A stretch of 64,000 bases of DNA from an uncultured Gammaproteobacteria bacterium (GCA_964391315.1 CAYMJR010000003.1:542-64541), one strand, 5' to 3'. Shown: positions 46,084-56,966, numbered from the stretch's first letter. The notes: a model not told the origin generated them from the letters alone. Translations and numbers: made by a program.

Positions 46084-48309
46084 ATGCGCGTAATCCTGAG
46101 TTTTGTCTTTTTATTTTTTGCTGTTCTTATTGGTATTGAAACTCTTGTCGTTCGTTTTTTTAGTCATTTTTATATACCAGCCAAACGAATAAAAAAGATA
46201 TTCCGTTATCTTTTATTCTCTCTCAAAATAAGTCTTCATTTTCTTTCCTTTCTTGGGAGATCACCTATTTTACTGATAAAAAAACTTCGCAAGAAACGGA
46301 AAAAACAGTTCTCTCTCCCCTTCCGGACAAAAATTAAATACTTTGCATTTGGGATTCTTTTTGCCTGTCTGTTTGTTTTTCCTCCACTGCTTATTATGAT
46401 TTTTATACAAGACCTGCCGACTCCACAAGAATTAACCCTCCGGCAGATTCCTCAGACAACCAAAATTTTTGACCGTAACGGAATCCTTCTTACTGAGATT
46501 TATACCCAACAAAATCGCACACTCATTCATCTCTCAGACGTTCCTCTCAACCTCCAACATGCAACACTTGCAATTGAGGATAAAAATTTTTATACCCACC
46601 CTGGTTTTGATGTGCCAGCGATGATTAGAGCTACAAGACAAATTGTTTTAAATCATACTATCCAAGGAGGATCAACGATTACCCAACAATTAATTAAATC
46701 ATCAATGCTGACGCCTGAACAAAGCATTTCCAGAAAAGTAAAAGAGCTGGTCCTCGCCTTTTGGACAGAACGCATGTATACCAAAGATCAGATTTTAGAA
46801 ATGTATTTCAATCAGGTTCCTTATGGGGGTACTGCTTGGGGAATTCAAGCTGCATCAGAAACCTATTTTAATAAACCAGTTAATGAGTTAACACTTGCAG
46901 AATCTGCTTTTTTGGCAGGATTAACTGCGGCTCCAACAACGTATTCTCCTTACGGCGCAAATCCCACGCTTTGGAAGAAACGACAAAAAGAAGTACTCAC
47001 ACGAATGGTTGACCTTCATTACATTACCCAAAAACAGGCAGATGACGCAAGTCATGAGCAACTTCATTTTCAGTCACAGCAAACTGCTCTCCATGCACCA
47101 CAGTTTGTCGAGTATGTAAAAGAGCAATTAATTGATAAATATGGACTTGCTGCAGTTGAAAAAGGTGGCCTACAAGTAAGAACGAGTCTTGATCTTGGAA
47201 CACAGGAAATGGCAGAACAAGTTGTGAAAAAGGAGGTTGCAAATGATGCAAGTCTTAATCTAACCAATGGTGCAGCGCTCATCACCGATCCTCGCAACGG
47301 AGATATTCTGGCAATGGTTGGTAGTCATGATTTTTTTGATCCAAATGACGGCAATTTTAATGTAACGACAGCACTCAGGCAACCAGGTTCATCAATCAAA
47401 GTTGTCACCTATTCCGAAGCCTTATCTCAAGGTATGACTGCTGCAACGCAAATTGATGATTCACCTGTTGCCTATACGCTTGCTGATGGACAAGTCTATG
47501 CACCTGTTAATTACGACGGAAGATTTCATGGCCGCGTCTCAATCAGAACTGCACTTGCAAATTCACTGAACATTCCAGCAATCAAAGCACTTGACGCAGT
47601 CGGCATCGATAAAATGATTTCACTTGGAACACAAATGGGAATCACCTCCTTTACCAATCCAAAAGACTACGGCCTTTCAATCACCCTTGGTGCAGCCGAT
47701 GTAACAATGCTTGATATGGCACGGGTGAATAGCACACTTGCCAATCATGGCGTCCTTGTCCCACTTAATCCGATACTCAAAGTAGCTGATGTGAAAGGAA
47801 CTGTCCTTGAGGAGAAAAAAGATCCAACCGGCAGACAAGTGCTTGATCCAGGCGTCGCATTTATTATTTCAGACATACTTGCCGATAATAATGCGCGCGC
47901 AATGGAATTTGGACCTAACTCTCCTCTCTTTATTCCCAATCATTTTGTATCGGTCAAAACAGGAACGACAGACAGCAAACGTGATAATTGGACCAACGGG
48001 TACACTGATAAGAATGTCGTTATCGTTTGGGTTGGCAATAATGATAATACGCCGATGAGTCCAACCCTTGCATCAGGTATCACCGGAGCAGCTCCTATTT
48101 GGCATGCAATCATGGAAGAGTTGCTGAAGAAAAATCCTGAAACGCCACCTGTTCAGCCGGACAACGTGATCAAAAAATATTGTATGGGAAGAGATGAATA
48201 TTTTATTAAAGGTACAGAAAATACAGTTAATTGTGGTTTTCAACCATCGCCAACGAATGCTTCAGGAATTCCCGTGTCCCCTGAGAATATCCTTTTACAT
48301 ACACAATAG
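46084..48309 (+). CDS. Class A penicillin-binding protein, second paralog
   Basis: EDKNFYTHPGFD, GGSTITQQLIKS, SSIKV and KTGTT are present. The start is taken at ATG 46084 (the ORF track uses TTG 46072). It has a long basic N-terminal TM region. Confidence 0.85.
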   Translation: MRVILSFVFLFFAVLIGIETLVVRFFSHFYIPAKRIKKIFRYLLFSLKISLHFLSFLGRSPILLIKKLRKKRKKQFSLPFRTKIKYFAFGILFACLFVFPPLLIMIFIQDLPTPQELTLRQIPQTTKIFDRNGILLTEIYTQQNRTLIHLSDVPLNLQHATLAIEDKNFYTHPGFDVPAMIRATRQIVLNHTIQGGSTITQQLIKSSMLTPEQSISRKVKELVLAFWTERMYTKDQILEMYFNQVPYGGTAWGIQAASETYFNKPVNELTLAESAFLAGLTAAPTTYSPYGANPTLWKKRQKEVLTRMVDLHYITQKQADDASHEQLHFQSQQTALHAPQFVEYVKEQLIDKYGLAAVEKGGLQVRTSLDLGTQEMAEQVVKKEVANDASLNLTNGAALITDPRNGDILAMVGSHDFFDPNDGNFNVTTALRQPGSSIKVVTYSEALSQGMTAATQIDDSPVAYTLADGQVYAPVNYDGRFHGRVSIRTALANSLNIPAIKALDAVGIDKMISLGTQMGITSFTNPKDYGLSITLGAADVTMLDMARVNSTLANHGVLVPLNPILKVADVKGTVLEEKKDPTGRQVLDPGVAFIISDILADNNARAMEFGPNSPLFIPNHFVSVKTGTTDSKRDNWTNGYTDKNVVIVWVGNNDNTPMSPTLASGITGAAPIWHAIMEELLKKNPETPPVQPDNVIKKYCMGRDEYFIKGTENTVNCGFQPSPTNASGIPVSPENILLHTQ

Positions 48310-49051
48310 GATACGATTTCTTTATTTCCCCCAACTTTTCTTTATCGCCTGTATAAACAAACGTTACCTCTTTTCCTCTTTTTTCCAGTTCATCAGCCAT
48401 TGCAAAATCAGAAGCACTATCACCAAAGGTAACAAATTTCGATGGATTTATTTCTTTTTCTGCAATCAGTGATAAAAAACGATCCACTCCTAATGCTTTC
48501 CCTGCATGTTTTTCTTCAATATCAGTTGAGATCGTTGACGGGTCAATTTTATACTTTGTCGAAAATCCTGTTTGCTGCAAAAGCGTCTCTATCTCTTTGA
48601 CCAATTCTTCTTGTCGTCTATGAAACTCTGAAAGAGAAAACCTATCATGCATCTCAACAGAGATCATTGTTTCTTTTGTACTGTCAAAAAACATTGACTC
48701 GTTATATCTCTCTCCTGTTAGTTGTCGTATTTGCTGATTGAGCTCCGGTGGCACAACCATCTCCTGATCTTTATGATGATTTTGATTTCCCGCGTGATCA
48801 AATGTCGTCCATGCTCCTCCTTTTTCTCCAACAATGATGACCTCAGAAAAGAGTTCTCTGTGATCAGTTGACTGCCAAAAGGGCTGAATGATCCTCTCAG
48901 TTACCCATTCGATTGAACGCCCGGTATTAAATGCCACCAAATCTCCTCGTTGTAGCAGAGAAAGAAGGAGAGAAAATAATTCAGGCGCTATCACCCGCTT
49001 CTCGACCGGATCAGTAAGAACACCATCAACATCAAAAAGATACGCTGTCAT
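48227..49051 (-). CDS. HAD-IIB-like phosphatase
   Basis: 274-aa ORF with LFDVDGVLTD and a late FGDSASD motif. Its 3' end overlaps the PBP gene by 83 nt, convergently. Confidence 0.6.
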   Translation of the reverse strand: MTAYLFDVDGVLTDPVEKRVIAPELFSLLLSLLQRGDLVAFNTGRSIEWVTERIIQPFWQSTDHRELFSEVIIVGEKGGAWTTFDHAGNQNHHKDQEMVVPPELNQQIRQLTGERYNESMFFDSTKETMISVEMHDRFSLSEFHRRQEELVKEIETLLQQTGFSTKYKIDPSTISTDIEEKHAGKALGVDRFLSLIAEKEINPSKFVTFGDSASDFAMADELEKRGKEVTFVYTGDKEKLGEIKKSYPIVYVKGYSQGTREFLKHSLAMVENHN

Positions 49052-49054
49052 ATT

Positions 49055-49708
49055 TTATAAGTTCATTTCTAGAGGTTTGAGGCGTTCTTGAAGGATTTGG
49101 AATTGTTTATTTGGGGTTTCCATATTGTAAAGAAAACTTGTTGCAACAAACCTGTTAGCACCTGCTGCAGCTGCTATAGTAATAGTTTCATCATTGATTC
49201 CTCCATCAACTTCTATAGGTAAATCCGTCTTTTCTCGTAGTTGTTTTACCTTCTCCATAAGATGCTCTTCAAACCTCTGACCCGACAAACCAGCCTGAAT
49301 CGACATTACGAGGAACCCATCTAAATCGCGAAATGGTACGGTTATTGCATCAACTGGTGATTGCTTATCAAGAGCAAGAACAACATCGCCAAGAAGCTGT
49401 GCTTCTGCAACGAATTCTTCCTGATTTGACATCTTTTCAACTTGTCCAATAAATCTCCTGAAACCCACATCTGCCCATTTTTTGAGATGCTTCACAGGAT
49501 CATCAGTCATGAGGTGTACTTCCAAAATAAAATCTTGAGCAAACTTCGCAAACCATTCCGGCTCTGCAATTGTTGTATTCGGGGCAAAAATACCGTCAAC
49601 AATATCAACGTGAATTGTTTTTGCAAATGGATGGACACTTTTAATTTTGTCTTCCCATTCTTTTGCGTCTTTGATAAATGTTCCCGGGGATGGAATAATT
49701 TCAAACAT
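49055..49708 (-). CDS. rpe: Ribulose-phosphate 3-epimerase (or close homolog)
   Basis: 217-aa ORF with HVDIVDG, HLM, MSIQAGLSGQ and VDGGI. Confidence 0.75.
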   Translation of the reverse strand: MFEIIPSPGTFIKDAKEWEDKIKSVHPFAKTIHVDIVDGIFAPNTTIAEPEWFAKFAQDFILEVHLMTDDPVKHLKKWADVGFRRFIGQVEKMSNQEEFVAEAQLLGDVVLALDKQSPVDAITVPFRDLDGFLVMSIQAGLSGQRFEEHLMEKVKQLREKTDLPIEVDGGINDETITIAAAAGANRFVATSFLYNMETPNKQFQILQERLKPLEMNL

Positions 49709-49710
49709 AG

Positions 49711-50214
49711 TTATAAACTTTGTTCTATTTTTTTTATCTTCTCCACTCTTCTGACGTGGCGTTCCTCTGAGGAAACAGGTGTTTCAAGAAAAACTTTTAC
49801 CGCATGTTTTGCATCATCAATGCTTAAGAAACGAACGCCTAATGAGAGAATATTTGCATGATTATGCTGTCTGGTGAGCTTTACGATTTCAAAAGGATCA
49901 GTACTCGTTTTGCCACTAATATCAACTGACTGTGCAGGTATTGCCAGAGTATAAAACAACGCACAACGGACTCCTTTATATTTATTTGCAACCATTTGTT
50001 CTCCCTGTCCTGAGCCACCCATCACAATTCCTAAAGCTTCCTGATTTTCTGAAACACCTTGTGCTGCTTTTCCAATGAAATCAGGGTAATCATCATCCTT
50101 ATCGTATTCATACGCACCACAATCTTCGACATCATACCCTTCCTGTTCAAGGAATTTTTTAATTGAATTTTTCAGTTCCAGTCCTGTATGATCTGTTGCA
50201 AGATAAATCTTCAT
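49711..50214 (-). CDS. rpiB: Ribose-5-phosphate isomerase B
   Basis: 167-aa ORF with MKIYLATDHTGLELK and GSGQGEQMVANK. Confidence 0.9.
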   Translation of the reverse strand: MKIYLATDHTGLELKNSIKKFLEQEGYDVEDCGAYEYDKDDDYPDFIGKAAQGVSENQEALGIVMGGSGQGEQMVANKYKGVRCALFYTLAIPAQSVDISGKTSTDPFEIVKLTRQHNHANILSLGVRFLSIDDAKHAVKVFLETPVSSEERHVRRVEKIKKIEQSL

Positions 50215-50215
50215 A

Positions 50216-50773
50216 TTACTTTCCTACTATGACTTCCGCATCTGCTTTAATAGTATCATCAGTATTTGTTGTGATTGTTGCTGCTTTTTTGACAAGATCT
50301 TTTTTCAACATATCCAGATATGCTTTCTTGTCGGTCTTAATAGAAATCGTTACCCCAACATAATCAAATCTTGTAGCATTTCCAACACTTTTTACAGTAT
50401 AGCCCAAATCAGAAAGTGTTGTAGAGATATTTTGTGCAGCTCCAGCTACGCCACTTCCATTGAGAATAATGATATTGAGTTTGCTGCGATCAAGTGTCAC
50501 TGGCGTTGGAGTAAGAGTTGGAGTCGCAGTCGGTGCTTGTTGTGCAGAAGTTGGTGCTTGCCCTGAGCTAGCTGAATGGGTTGGTTTTGCAGTTGGCGGT
50601 AGTTTCAGCGAACCTTTTTTGCTTGCACCTAAGAAATATAGTCCGACTAAGATAATAATGACGACAAGAAGGATTATAAAGAAGATAGCGACAAAATGAG
50701 ACCGGCGCCCATTTTTTTCTCCGTATGAGGGATAATTGGAAAACGAACTTTGTTCGCTCATAAATGTGAGCAC
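50216..50773 (-). CDS. LytR_C (LytR/CpsA/Psr C-terminal) domain membrane protein
   Basis: One TM helix, a Pro/Thr linker, then ILNGSGVAGAAQNISTTLSDLGY typical of LytR_C. Confidence 0.6.
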   Translation of the reverse strand: MLTFMSEQSSFSNYPSYGEKNGRRSHFVAIFFIILLVVIIILVGLYFLGASKKGSLKLPPTAKPTHSASSGQAPTSAQQAPTATPTLTPTPVTLDRSKLNIIILNGSGVAGAAQNISTTLSDLGYTVKSVGNATRFDYVGVTISIKTDKKAYLDMLKKDLVKKAATITTNTDDTIKADAEVIVGK

Positions 50774-50830
50774 ATACTAGCATATTTTGTTGGGTTTGGA
50801 AATACAGCTCGTGGTTGCTATAATAGTACT

Positions 50831-52588
50831 ATGCCCAAAAAATCATTTCTTCTTGTCTTCTTGTCATTATTCTTGGCATTTGCCATGATTTTTTTTGTTA
50901 AACCATTCCCTTCCCATGCAGATGAACTCGATGATATCACCAAACAAATCTCAGATCTCAACGATGCATTAAATAAATCAATTGCAGCCACCAAGCCACT
51001 CCAATCAGAACTGGACAGTATGCAAAAACAAATCGCCGATATTAAAGTGCAAGTTGCCAATGTTGAGGAAGACATGGCCATCAAGAAAAAACAAATTGAT
51101 AAAGGCTATGCTGATCTTGCTCAAAAAGAAGAACTGTTGTCCCGCACGATCCGTGATTTTTATGTAAAGAGTTACTATAATTCACCACTTCTCGTATTTT
51201 TCTCAGCAACTGATGCTTCTGCAATGACACAAGCTCTCGCCTATCAACATGCTCAAACACAACAGGATAAAGAAATTATCACCAACCTTGCACTCTCAAT
51301 TACGGATCTTGAGAAAAAGAAAGCAGAATTGGAACAGGAACAAAAATGGCTTGTCGCAACCAAAGCAGATCTTGATGATAAATCAGCAAAATTGGATAAA
51401 GTTGTTTCAGGCGCAAAAGCCTATCAAGCAACACTTACCTCTCAGATTTCCGAGCTCTCTGCCAAACAGCAGTCATTATTGGCAGCCAAACTTGGTAGCT
51501 TGAATATTCCTCTTTTTGCTATCTCTGGTGGCGGATGTTCAAGTGATATTGCCCCATATAAAGATCCAGGATTTGGTGGTAAAAAATTCGGACTTTTCTC
51601 TTATGGTGTTCCCAATCGAGTTGGTCTTAACCAATATGGTGCCTTGGGACGAGCAAAAGCCGGCCAGGATGCCGATACCATCCTTCATGCATACTACAAC
51701 TTTGATGGATACGACACCTCGTATTCAGGAGTACAAATTAGAGTCAATGACAGTAATGGCTATGACTCAGGCAATATCATCTGGACGGGAAGCCTGGAAG
51801 ATTATGTAAAAAGAATTTATGAAGTTCCTGATTCATGGACTGATAACAACTTAGCAGCGCTCAAGGCACAAACAATTGCCGCACGATCATATGTTTTGGC
51901 TGAAACAAACAATGGCGCGAAATCAATCTGCGCCAATCAAAATTGCCAAGTTTTCAAAACTGATCCAAAAGGCGGCAACTGGGAACAAGCAGTTAATGCA
52001 ACTTCCGGACAGGTAATGGTCCAAGGCGGTAAACCAATCGCAGCATATTTCTCATCAACACATGGAGGATATATGTTTAGCACTGCTGATATCGGATGGT
52101 CTGCAACATCCTTTACCAAACACGCTCAAGATGCATCATCTAACATTGGCTCCTGGTCTGATTTGAATAATTACGCCTATGACAAAAACTCTCCATGGTT
52201 TTACTGTGACTGGGGCGGCAGAAGTCAATACAATGGGACAGGTTGGCTACAATCTTCTGAGATTGCAGATATCGTCAACTCAATCCTCTTAGTACAAAAT
52301 GACAATTCGGCAGATTCGCATATCCTTCAAACTGATAAAAGCGATCCAGACATGTGGAATGAAGCACGGGTAAAGCAAGAGTTGAGCAAATATAGAACTC
52401 CTTTCACTTCTATTGATTCAGGATCTGTCGATGCTGATTTTGGCAGTGGAAAATCAACCACAGTGCATTTCTCAGGAGACGCTGGTTCTGTCAGTATCGA
52501 CAGCAATACTTTTAGAAAATATTTCAATCTTCGTGCTCCGTCCAACATCCAAATCGTTGGATACTTATATAATCTCGAAATCAGATGA
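50831..52588 (+). CDS. SpoIID/LytB-domain protein with N-terminal coiled coil
   Basis: The start is at MPKKSFLLVF (signal/TM). A long coiled coil is followed by SpoIID motifs AQTIAARSYVL, CANQNCQVF and YFSSTHGGY. Confidence 0.75.
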   Translation: MPKKSFLLVFLSLFLAFAMIFFVKPFPSHADELDDITKQISDLNDALNKSIAATKPLQSELDSMQKQIADIKVQVANVEEDMAIKKKQIDKGYADLAQKEELLSRTIRDFYVKSYYNSPLLVFFSATDASAMTQALAYQHAQTQQDKEIITNLALSITDLEKKKAELEQEQKWLVATKADLDDKSAKLDKVVSGAKAYQATLTSQISELSAKQQSLLAAKLGSLNIPLFAISGGGCSSDIAPYKDPGFGGKKFGLFSYGVPNRVGLNQYGALGRAKAGQDADTILHAYYNFDGYDTSYSGVQIRVNDSNGYDSGNIIWTGSLEDYVKRIYEVPDSWTDNNLAALKAQTIAARSYVLAETNNGAKSICANQNCQVFKTDPKGGNWEQAVNATSGQVMVQGGKPIAAYFSSTHGGYMFSTADIGWSATSFTKHAQDASSNIGSWSDLNNYAYDKNSPWFYCDWGGRSQYNGTGWLQSSEIADIVNSILLVQNDNSADSHILQTDKSDPDMWNEARVKQELSKYRTPFTSIDSGSVDADFGSGKSTTVHFSGDAGSVSIDSNTFRKYFNLRAPSNIQIVGYLYNLEIR

Positions 52589-52613
52589 TATAATTCTAGA
52601 AGAGTATCGAGAT

Positions 52614-53264
52614 ATGCCTGATATATTTGTAGACAATCATACAACTGTTAAGCCAGTTGAAACTGTTATTAATCCAGTTCCGGAAAAAATTGCCAATGCG
52701 CAAAACTCCAGACGCAACGTGACTGCCTTCTCAACTTTTGTGCGTGATCCATTGGGTGTTACTCTTGCCGAACAACATGAAGATGAACATATTCTCCTTT
52801 TCATACGCCGTGCTTTTGTGACAAATATTCCCTGGATTTTACTTTCACTTCTCCTTCTTATTGTTCCACCATTCATCCCCATTCTTTTCTCACCACTTAA
52901 CTTACCTTCTGATTTTCTCAGTCCTGCTGCTCTCATCATCTTTATTCTTTTTTATTATCTTGTCGTTATTGGTATTATTATTGGCAACTTTTTAACCTGG
53001 TTTTATGATATTGGTCTAGTTACAGAAAAACGTGCTGTTGATATCGATTTTTACAATATTTCTTTTGTCAGTGTTGCAACAGCCCGAGTGCAAGATTTGA
53101 AAGACGTCCGATATGCCCAAAGAGGATTTTTTCAATCTTTCTTTGATTATGGCGATGTCACAGTAGTAGTGGAAGCGTCTGGGGAAACGCTTACCTTTGA
53201 GGATACTCCCCGTCCTGCAGAAGTTGTAAGTATCTTAAGTGTGTTGATTGGAGGACATCAATAA
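52614..53264 (+). CDS. Membrane protein with C-terminal bacterial PH-like domain
   Basis: The start is taken at ATG 52614 (MPDIFVDN). It has two TM helices, then a YdbS/YdbT-like segment. Confidence 0.5.
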   Translation: MPDIFVDNHTTVKPVETVINPVPEKIANAQNSRRNVTAFSTFVRDPLGVTLAEQHEDEHILLFIRRAFVTNIPWILLSLLLLIVPPFIPILFSPLNLPSDFLSPAALIIFILFYYLVVIGIIIGNFLTWFYDIGLVTEKRAVDIDFYNISFVSVATARVQDLKDVRYAQRGFFQSFFDYGDVTVVVEASGETLTFEDTPRPAEVVSILSVLIGGHQ

Positions 53265-53506
53265 TGATTATTGATATACCAACCCTGTTACAAACTATTC
53301 ATCTCCAACTGCTTATCAAGGTTACAGCACTTATCTTTATTGGTTTGTATACCATTTTTGCGATCATGCTGGCAACTAAAATCCGGTCCTTCAACAAAAT
53401 TCTCTTCTTACCGGCAAATGGCGGCGGCAGTCTGATGCAATTTATTACTATCGCCTATTCGATCAGTGTTGCTATCCTTTTTGTTCTCACGCTTATTGTG
53501 TTATAA
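53264..53506 (+). CDS. Small two-TM membrane protein
   Basis: 80-aa ORF whose ATG overlaps the upstream stop. Confidence 0.4.
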   Translation: MIIDIPTLLQTIHLQLLIKVTALIFIGLYTIFAIMLATKIRSFNKILFLPANGGGSLMQFITIAYSISVAILFVLTLIVL

Positions 53507-53567
53507 CTATATTCAGACGTGCTTGCAGTCTCGCTTTTCTTGCTTGCACTTGTTATAGTATAAGTAC

Positions 53568-55382
53568 ATGCCCGGAGAACATGTATCGTTAACAAAATCG
53601 AGCCTTGCATACGCTAAGCTTGCGGCAACGCCAACTGATACAAGTTGGTCTCAAGCATATAATGCTGGAAATCTCTTCGCTTGTCTCTCCTTGACCCTTG
53701 CCGAAACCACTGAAGACCGAACTGTTTTACAAAATCTTGGAAAAGAACTCTTTAACTATCTTGAAGCTGAATTTTTTACTCTTGAGGAAAAAACACCTGA
53801 GGCAATCAGCAAAGCAATTCAAGACAGCACCAAACACATTCCTGACACCATAACCATCAACTTTTGTCTTGCATTCTTTAAAGAAAGCATTTTATATCTT
53901 TTTTTGCTCGGCAGTGGAAGAGTGGTCATAAAACGTGGAGAAAAAATAGGATTACTCCTTGAAAGAAAAGAAATAACTGATCGAGAGATTCAGACGGCAT
54001 CCGGTTATTTAGAAAACAATGACACGATTATTCTTGAAACAAGCCAATTCGCTAAAAATATATCTGACAACCATATTTTAGAAGCCTTACAACTCTCACT
54101 TCCCAATGACATTGCTGAATCGCTTTCGATCCATATGCATGAAAAATCAGATGGAGATCAAGCAGCAATTATCATTGCCTATCATGGAACAACTCATCAT
54201 ACCGCAGAGACTTACACACCGCCAACACAAGAATCTGTAGAGGAAGAAGAAGAGGAAGAGCCTTCACAACCTTATACACAAACACACCATGAGGCTCCCG
54301 CAGCACCGCCACTATTTTCAAAATTTTCCGAATTGGTAAAACATATCCGACTTCCCTTCTTTCAACACAATAGAAGAATTGTGATGGGAGGACTCACCCA
54401 CAAGAAAAAACTTTTCCTTAGTATTTCCTGTATTATTCTTGTCCTTCTTGTCGTCAGTATTATCTTTACCAAACAAAAACAGGAAGCTGCAAAAAACGCA
54501 GCATTGTTCCAATCTACTTATCAACCAGCAGCAAAACTTTATGACGAAGGAAAATCGCTGGAAAGTCTCAATCCTGACTTAAGCCAACAAGACTTACAAA
54601 AAGCCAAACAAATGCTTACTGATGGACAAACGAAATTCCCCAAAGATTCACCAGAAGAAAAACAAATTACAGACCTTTTGACAAAAGTTCAAACAGAACT
54701 GGGTTCATCATCTGTAGCAAATGCTACTCCTGTAAAAGAAGCAACCGTTGGAAATAACGATCTGCTCACCCTTGAAAAAGCTAATACAGATGGAACTGGA
54801 TTTAGCCAAAATGGCACAACTGTCTACTATGTTACACCAAAAGAGGTAATTGGTATTTCTAAATCAGATGGTAAGAAAAAATCTCTTGTCACCAATGATT
54901 CTGATTGGAAACAGGGAGTCGCCATCGTCCCCTATCAGACAAATTTCTATATCCTCGACCAGCAAGATGGTATCCTCAAATATGTACCTACGGGTAATAC
55001 GTACAATAAAAGTGCATACTTCAAATCTTCCTCTCCTGACCTTACGAAAGCTGAGAGTATGGCAATTGACAGCTCGATCTGGATTCTCATGAAGGATGGC
55101 AGTATCCAAAAATATACACGAGGAACTGCAGATTCATTTACCATCAAAGGGCTCTCCAAACCTTTCAATAGTCCCACCAAAATTTATACCAATTCGGATA
55201 TTAATAATGTCTATATCCTTGATAATGGTAATAGCCGAATTGTGAAATTAGCAAATGACGGCACATTCCAGCAAGAATATGCTGCCAGTATTATTAAAAA
55301 TGCAAAAGACTTTGAAGTAAATGAGTCAGATAAAAAAATCCTCATCCTCTCTGGAGACAAGATTTGGGAAATCGATATGTAA
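53568..55382 (+). CDS. Single-pass membrane protein of unknown function
   Basis: 604-aa ORF with a cytoplasmic domain, an acidic linker (EEEEEEE), a TM helix, and an outer repeat-like domain (NVYILDNGNSRIVKL is reminiscent of NHL/beta-propeller blades). Confidence 0.55.
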   Translation: MPGEHVSLTKSSLAYAKLAATPTDTSWSQAYNAGNLFACLSLTLAETTEDRTVLQNLGKELFNYLEAEFFTLEEKTPEAISKAIQDSTKHIPDTITINFCLAFFKESILYLFLLGSGRVVIKRGEKIGLLLERKEITDREIQTASGYLENNDTIILETSQFAKNISDNHILEALQLSLPNDIAESLSIHMHEKSDGDQAAIIIAYHGTTHHTAETYTPPTQESVEEEEEEEPSQPYTQTHHEAPAAPPLFSKFSELVKHIRLPFFQHNRRIVMGGLTHKKKLFLSISCIILVLLVVSIIFTKQKQEAAKNAALFQSTYQPAAKLYDEGKSLESLNPDLSQQDLQKAKQMLTDGQTKFPKDSPEEKQITDLLTKVQTELGSSSVANATPVKEATVGNNDLLTLEKANTDGTGFSQNGTTVYYVTPKEVIGISKSDGKKKSLVTNDSDWKQGVAIVPYQTNFYILDQQDGILKYVPTGNTYNKSAYFKSSSPDLTKAESMAIDSSIWILMKDGSIQKYTRGTADSFTIKGLSKPFNSPTKIYTNSDINNVYILDNGNSRIVKLANDGTFQQEYAASIIKNAKDFEVNESDKKILILSGDKIWEIDM

Positions 55383-55394
55383 AAGTGAGAAAAA

Positions 55395-56897
55395 CTACCT
55401 CCTATAAATCATTGCAGTATCATCCTTATATACAACCACCCATCCTGCTTTCTTTGCTTCCTCGCTAAGCTTTGAGAACCCAACCTCTTTCTCCATGGGT
55501 AAATGCAGCACCTTTGTTGTAAAATTCTCAAGCATATTCTCAAAGGTATTTTTATGTTGGTCACCAGGTAGAGGAAGCAACAACGTATCAACGTGATAGC
55601 GATCAACCATGGAAGTAAGCGAGATCTTTCCACTCAAAATCCTTTGATAATCATCAAACGCATAATTACTTTCTCCTGGTAGATTTGCATTCCATCGCCA
55701 ACTCGGCATCCTGCCATCAATAAACACCTTTTTCGAAGGATCCTTCCAGATAAGATACCCTCCCCAATCATAAAATGAAAAAATTTGCCCACGTGATGGA
55801 TGTTTTGATAAATAGCTAACCGCCTGTTCAGGATACGAATTGTGCTTCCCAAAAAATCCTAAAGCGTAGAAAACAGGTCGTGTATCTAACAAAGCAAAGA
55901 GGAGCATAATAGCGACAAAAAGCTTTGCCATAACAGCAAACCGCTGGGGCGCAAACTTGATATGCGAAATATCCTGATAAAAAAAGACAACTGCTTCAAT
56001 TGTCAAAGGTATCGCAACAAGAAGCCATAGAGGAGCATTCCTTATGCTTGAAATCCCTGCTACCAAAAAACAAAAATAAAGCACAATATCAAGTAATGAA
56101 TATCTCTTGATATACCGGACAACAAACATTACAGAAAAAATAATAAACAGCCACAATAGCAAATCAGGGACAAAAACAGCTGGCATCCACTCAGCAACAC
56201 TCCAACGAAGATTCCCATCAGTCATTGTCATCCATACCTCCCACCACGAACGCCAACCGTAAGGTGTGAGAAACGTTACTGCAATACTGACTGCAAAAAC
56301 AAAAAAATTTGTCAGTCTTTGTGCTGAATTTTTATAACACCAATAGACGGTTCCAAGCATCAACGCAACAACACCTGCAACAAATCCTCCATGCAGGTTA
56401 ACCCATAGCAGGAATAAAAGAGGAAGAAACCATCGATACCTTTCATACCATCTTCCACTTCTGACAACAAGAAGCACTAACGAAAAGAAAAACCACGTCA
56501 AAATCTGCGGACGTATCCCAATCATCGCTGCCACTGAAAGTAATGCGAGCAGCAAAAACGGCCATGCAAATCGTTTTGCTTTTTCTGAAACGGATAGTAG
56601 TTGCAATGAATATGCAGCAACAGCAATGACAGCAAAAAATGCAGCCCAAAAAGAATATCCAAATATCCCCATTCCTTTTGCCAGAAAGACATCTGTCAAC
56701 CATTCATGATCAACAGACGGATAACTGCTCATCGTATAGGAGAACGGGTCGGTTGCCGGAATACCGTTTTTTGCGATAAGCTGGCCTATCCTAACATGCC
56801 AACCAAAATCAGGATCAAGAAAAATTGCCCCACGGAGCCAAAAATAAGAAAATATTACAAAAACAACAAGTAATAGACTTAAATGTTTTTTAAACAT
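55395..56897 (-). CDS. Polytopic membrane protein, GT-C-like
   Basis: 500-aa ORF with more than 10 TM segments plus a C-terminal soluble domain. The assignment is by architecture only. Confidence 0.5.
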   Translation of the reverse strand: MFKKHLSLLLVVFVIFSYFWLRGAIFLDPDFGWHVRIGQLIAKNGIPATDPFSYTMSSYPSVDHEWLTDVFLAKGMGIFGYSFWAAFFAVIAVAAYSLQLLSVSEKAKRFAWPFLLLALLSVAAMIGIRPQILTWFFFSLVLLVVRSGRWYERYRWFLPLLFLLWVNLHGGFVAGVVALMLGTVYWCYKNSAQRLTNFFVFAVSIAVTFLTPYGWRSWWEVWMTMTDGNLRWSVAEWMPAVFVPDLLLWLFIIFSVMFVVRYIKRYSLLDIVLYFCFLVAGISSIRNAPLWLLVAIPLTIEAVVFFYQDISHIKFAPQRFAVMAKLFVAIMLLFALLDTRPVFYALGFFGKHNSYPEQAVSYLSKHPSRGQIFSFYDWGGYLIWKDPSKKVFIDGRMPSWRWNANLPGESNYAFDDYQRILSGKISLTSMVDRYHVDTLLLPLPGDQHKNTFENMLENFTTKVLHLPMEKEVGFSKLSEEAKKAGWVVVYKDDTAMIYRR

Positions 56898-56966
56898 GTG
56901 ATTATTATAGTTTAAATTTTCTCTTTTTACCTTTACTTATTTCCCTTATTCTACTATCATTGAGGC

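Noticed and set aside
48227-48309. An 83-nt convergent overlap between the second PBP gene and the HAD-IIB-like gene.
   Set aside because: Both stops are fixed and both C-termini look like ordinary protein sequence. This is most simply extreme compaction, or a slightly mis-extended tail, rather than a regulatory feature.
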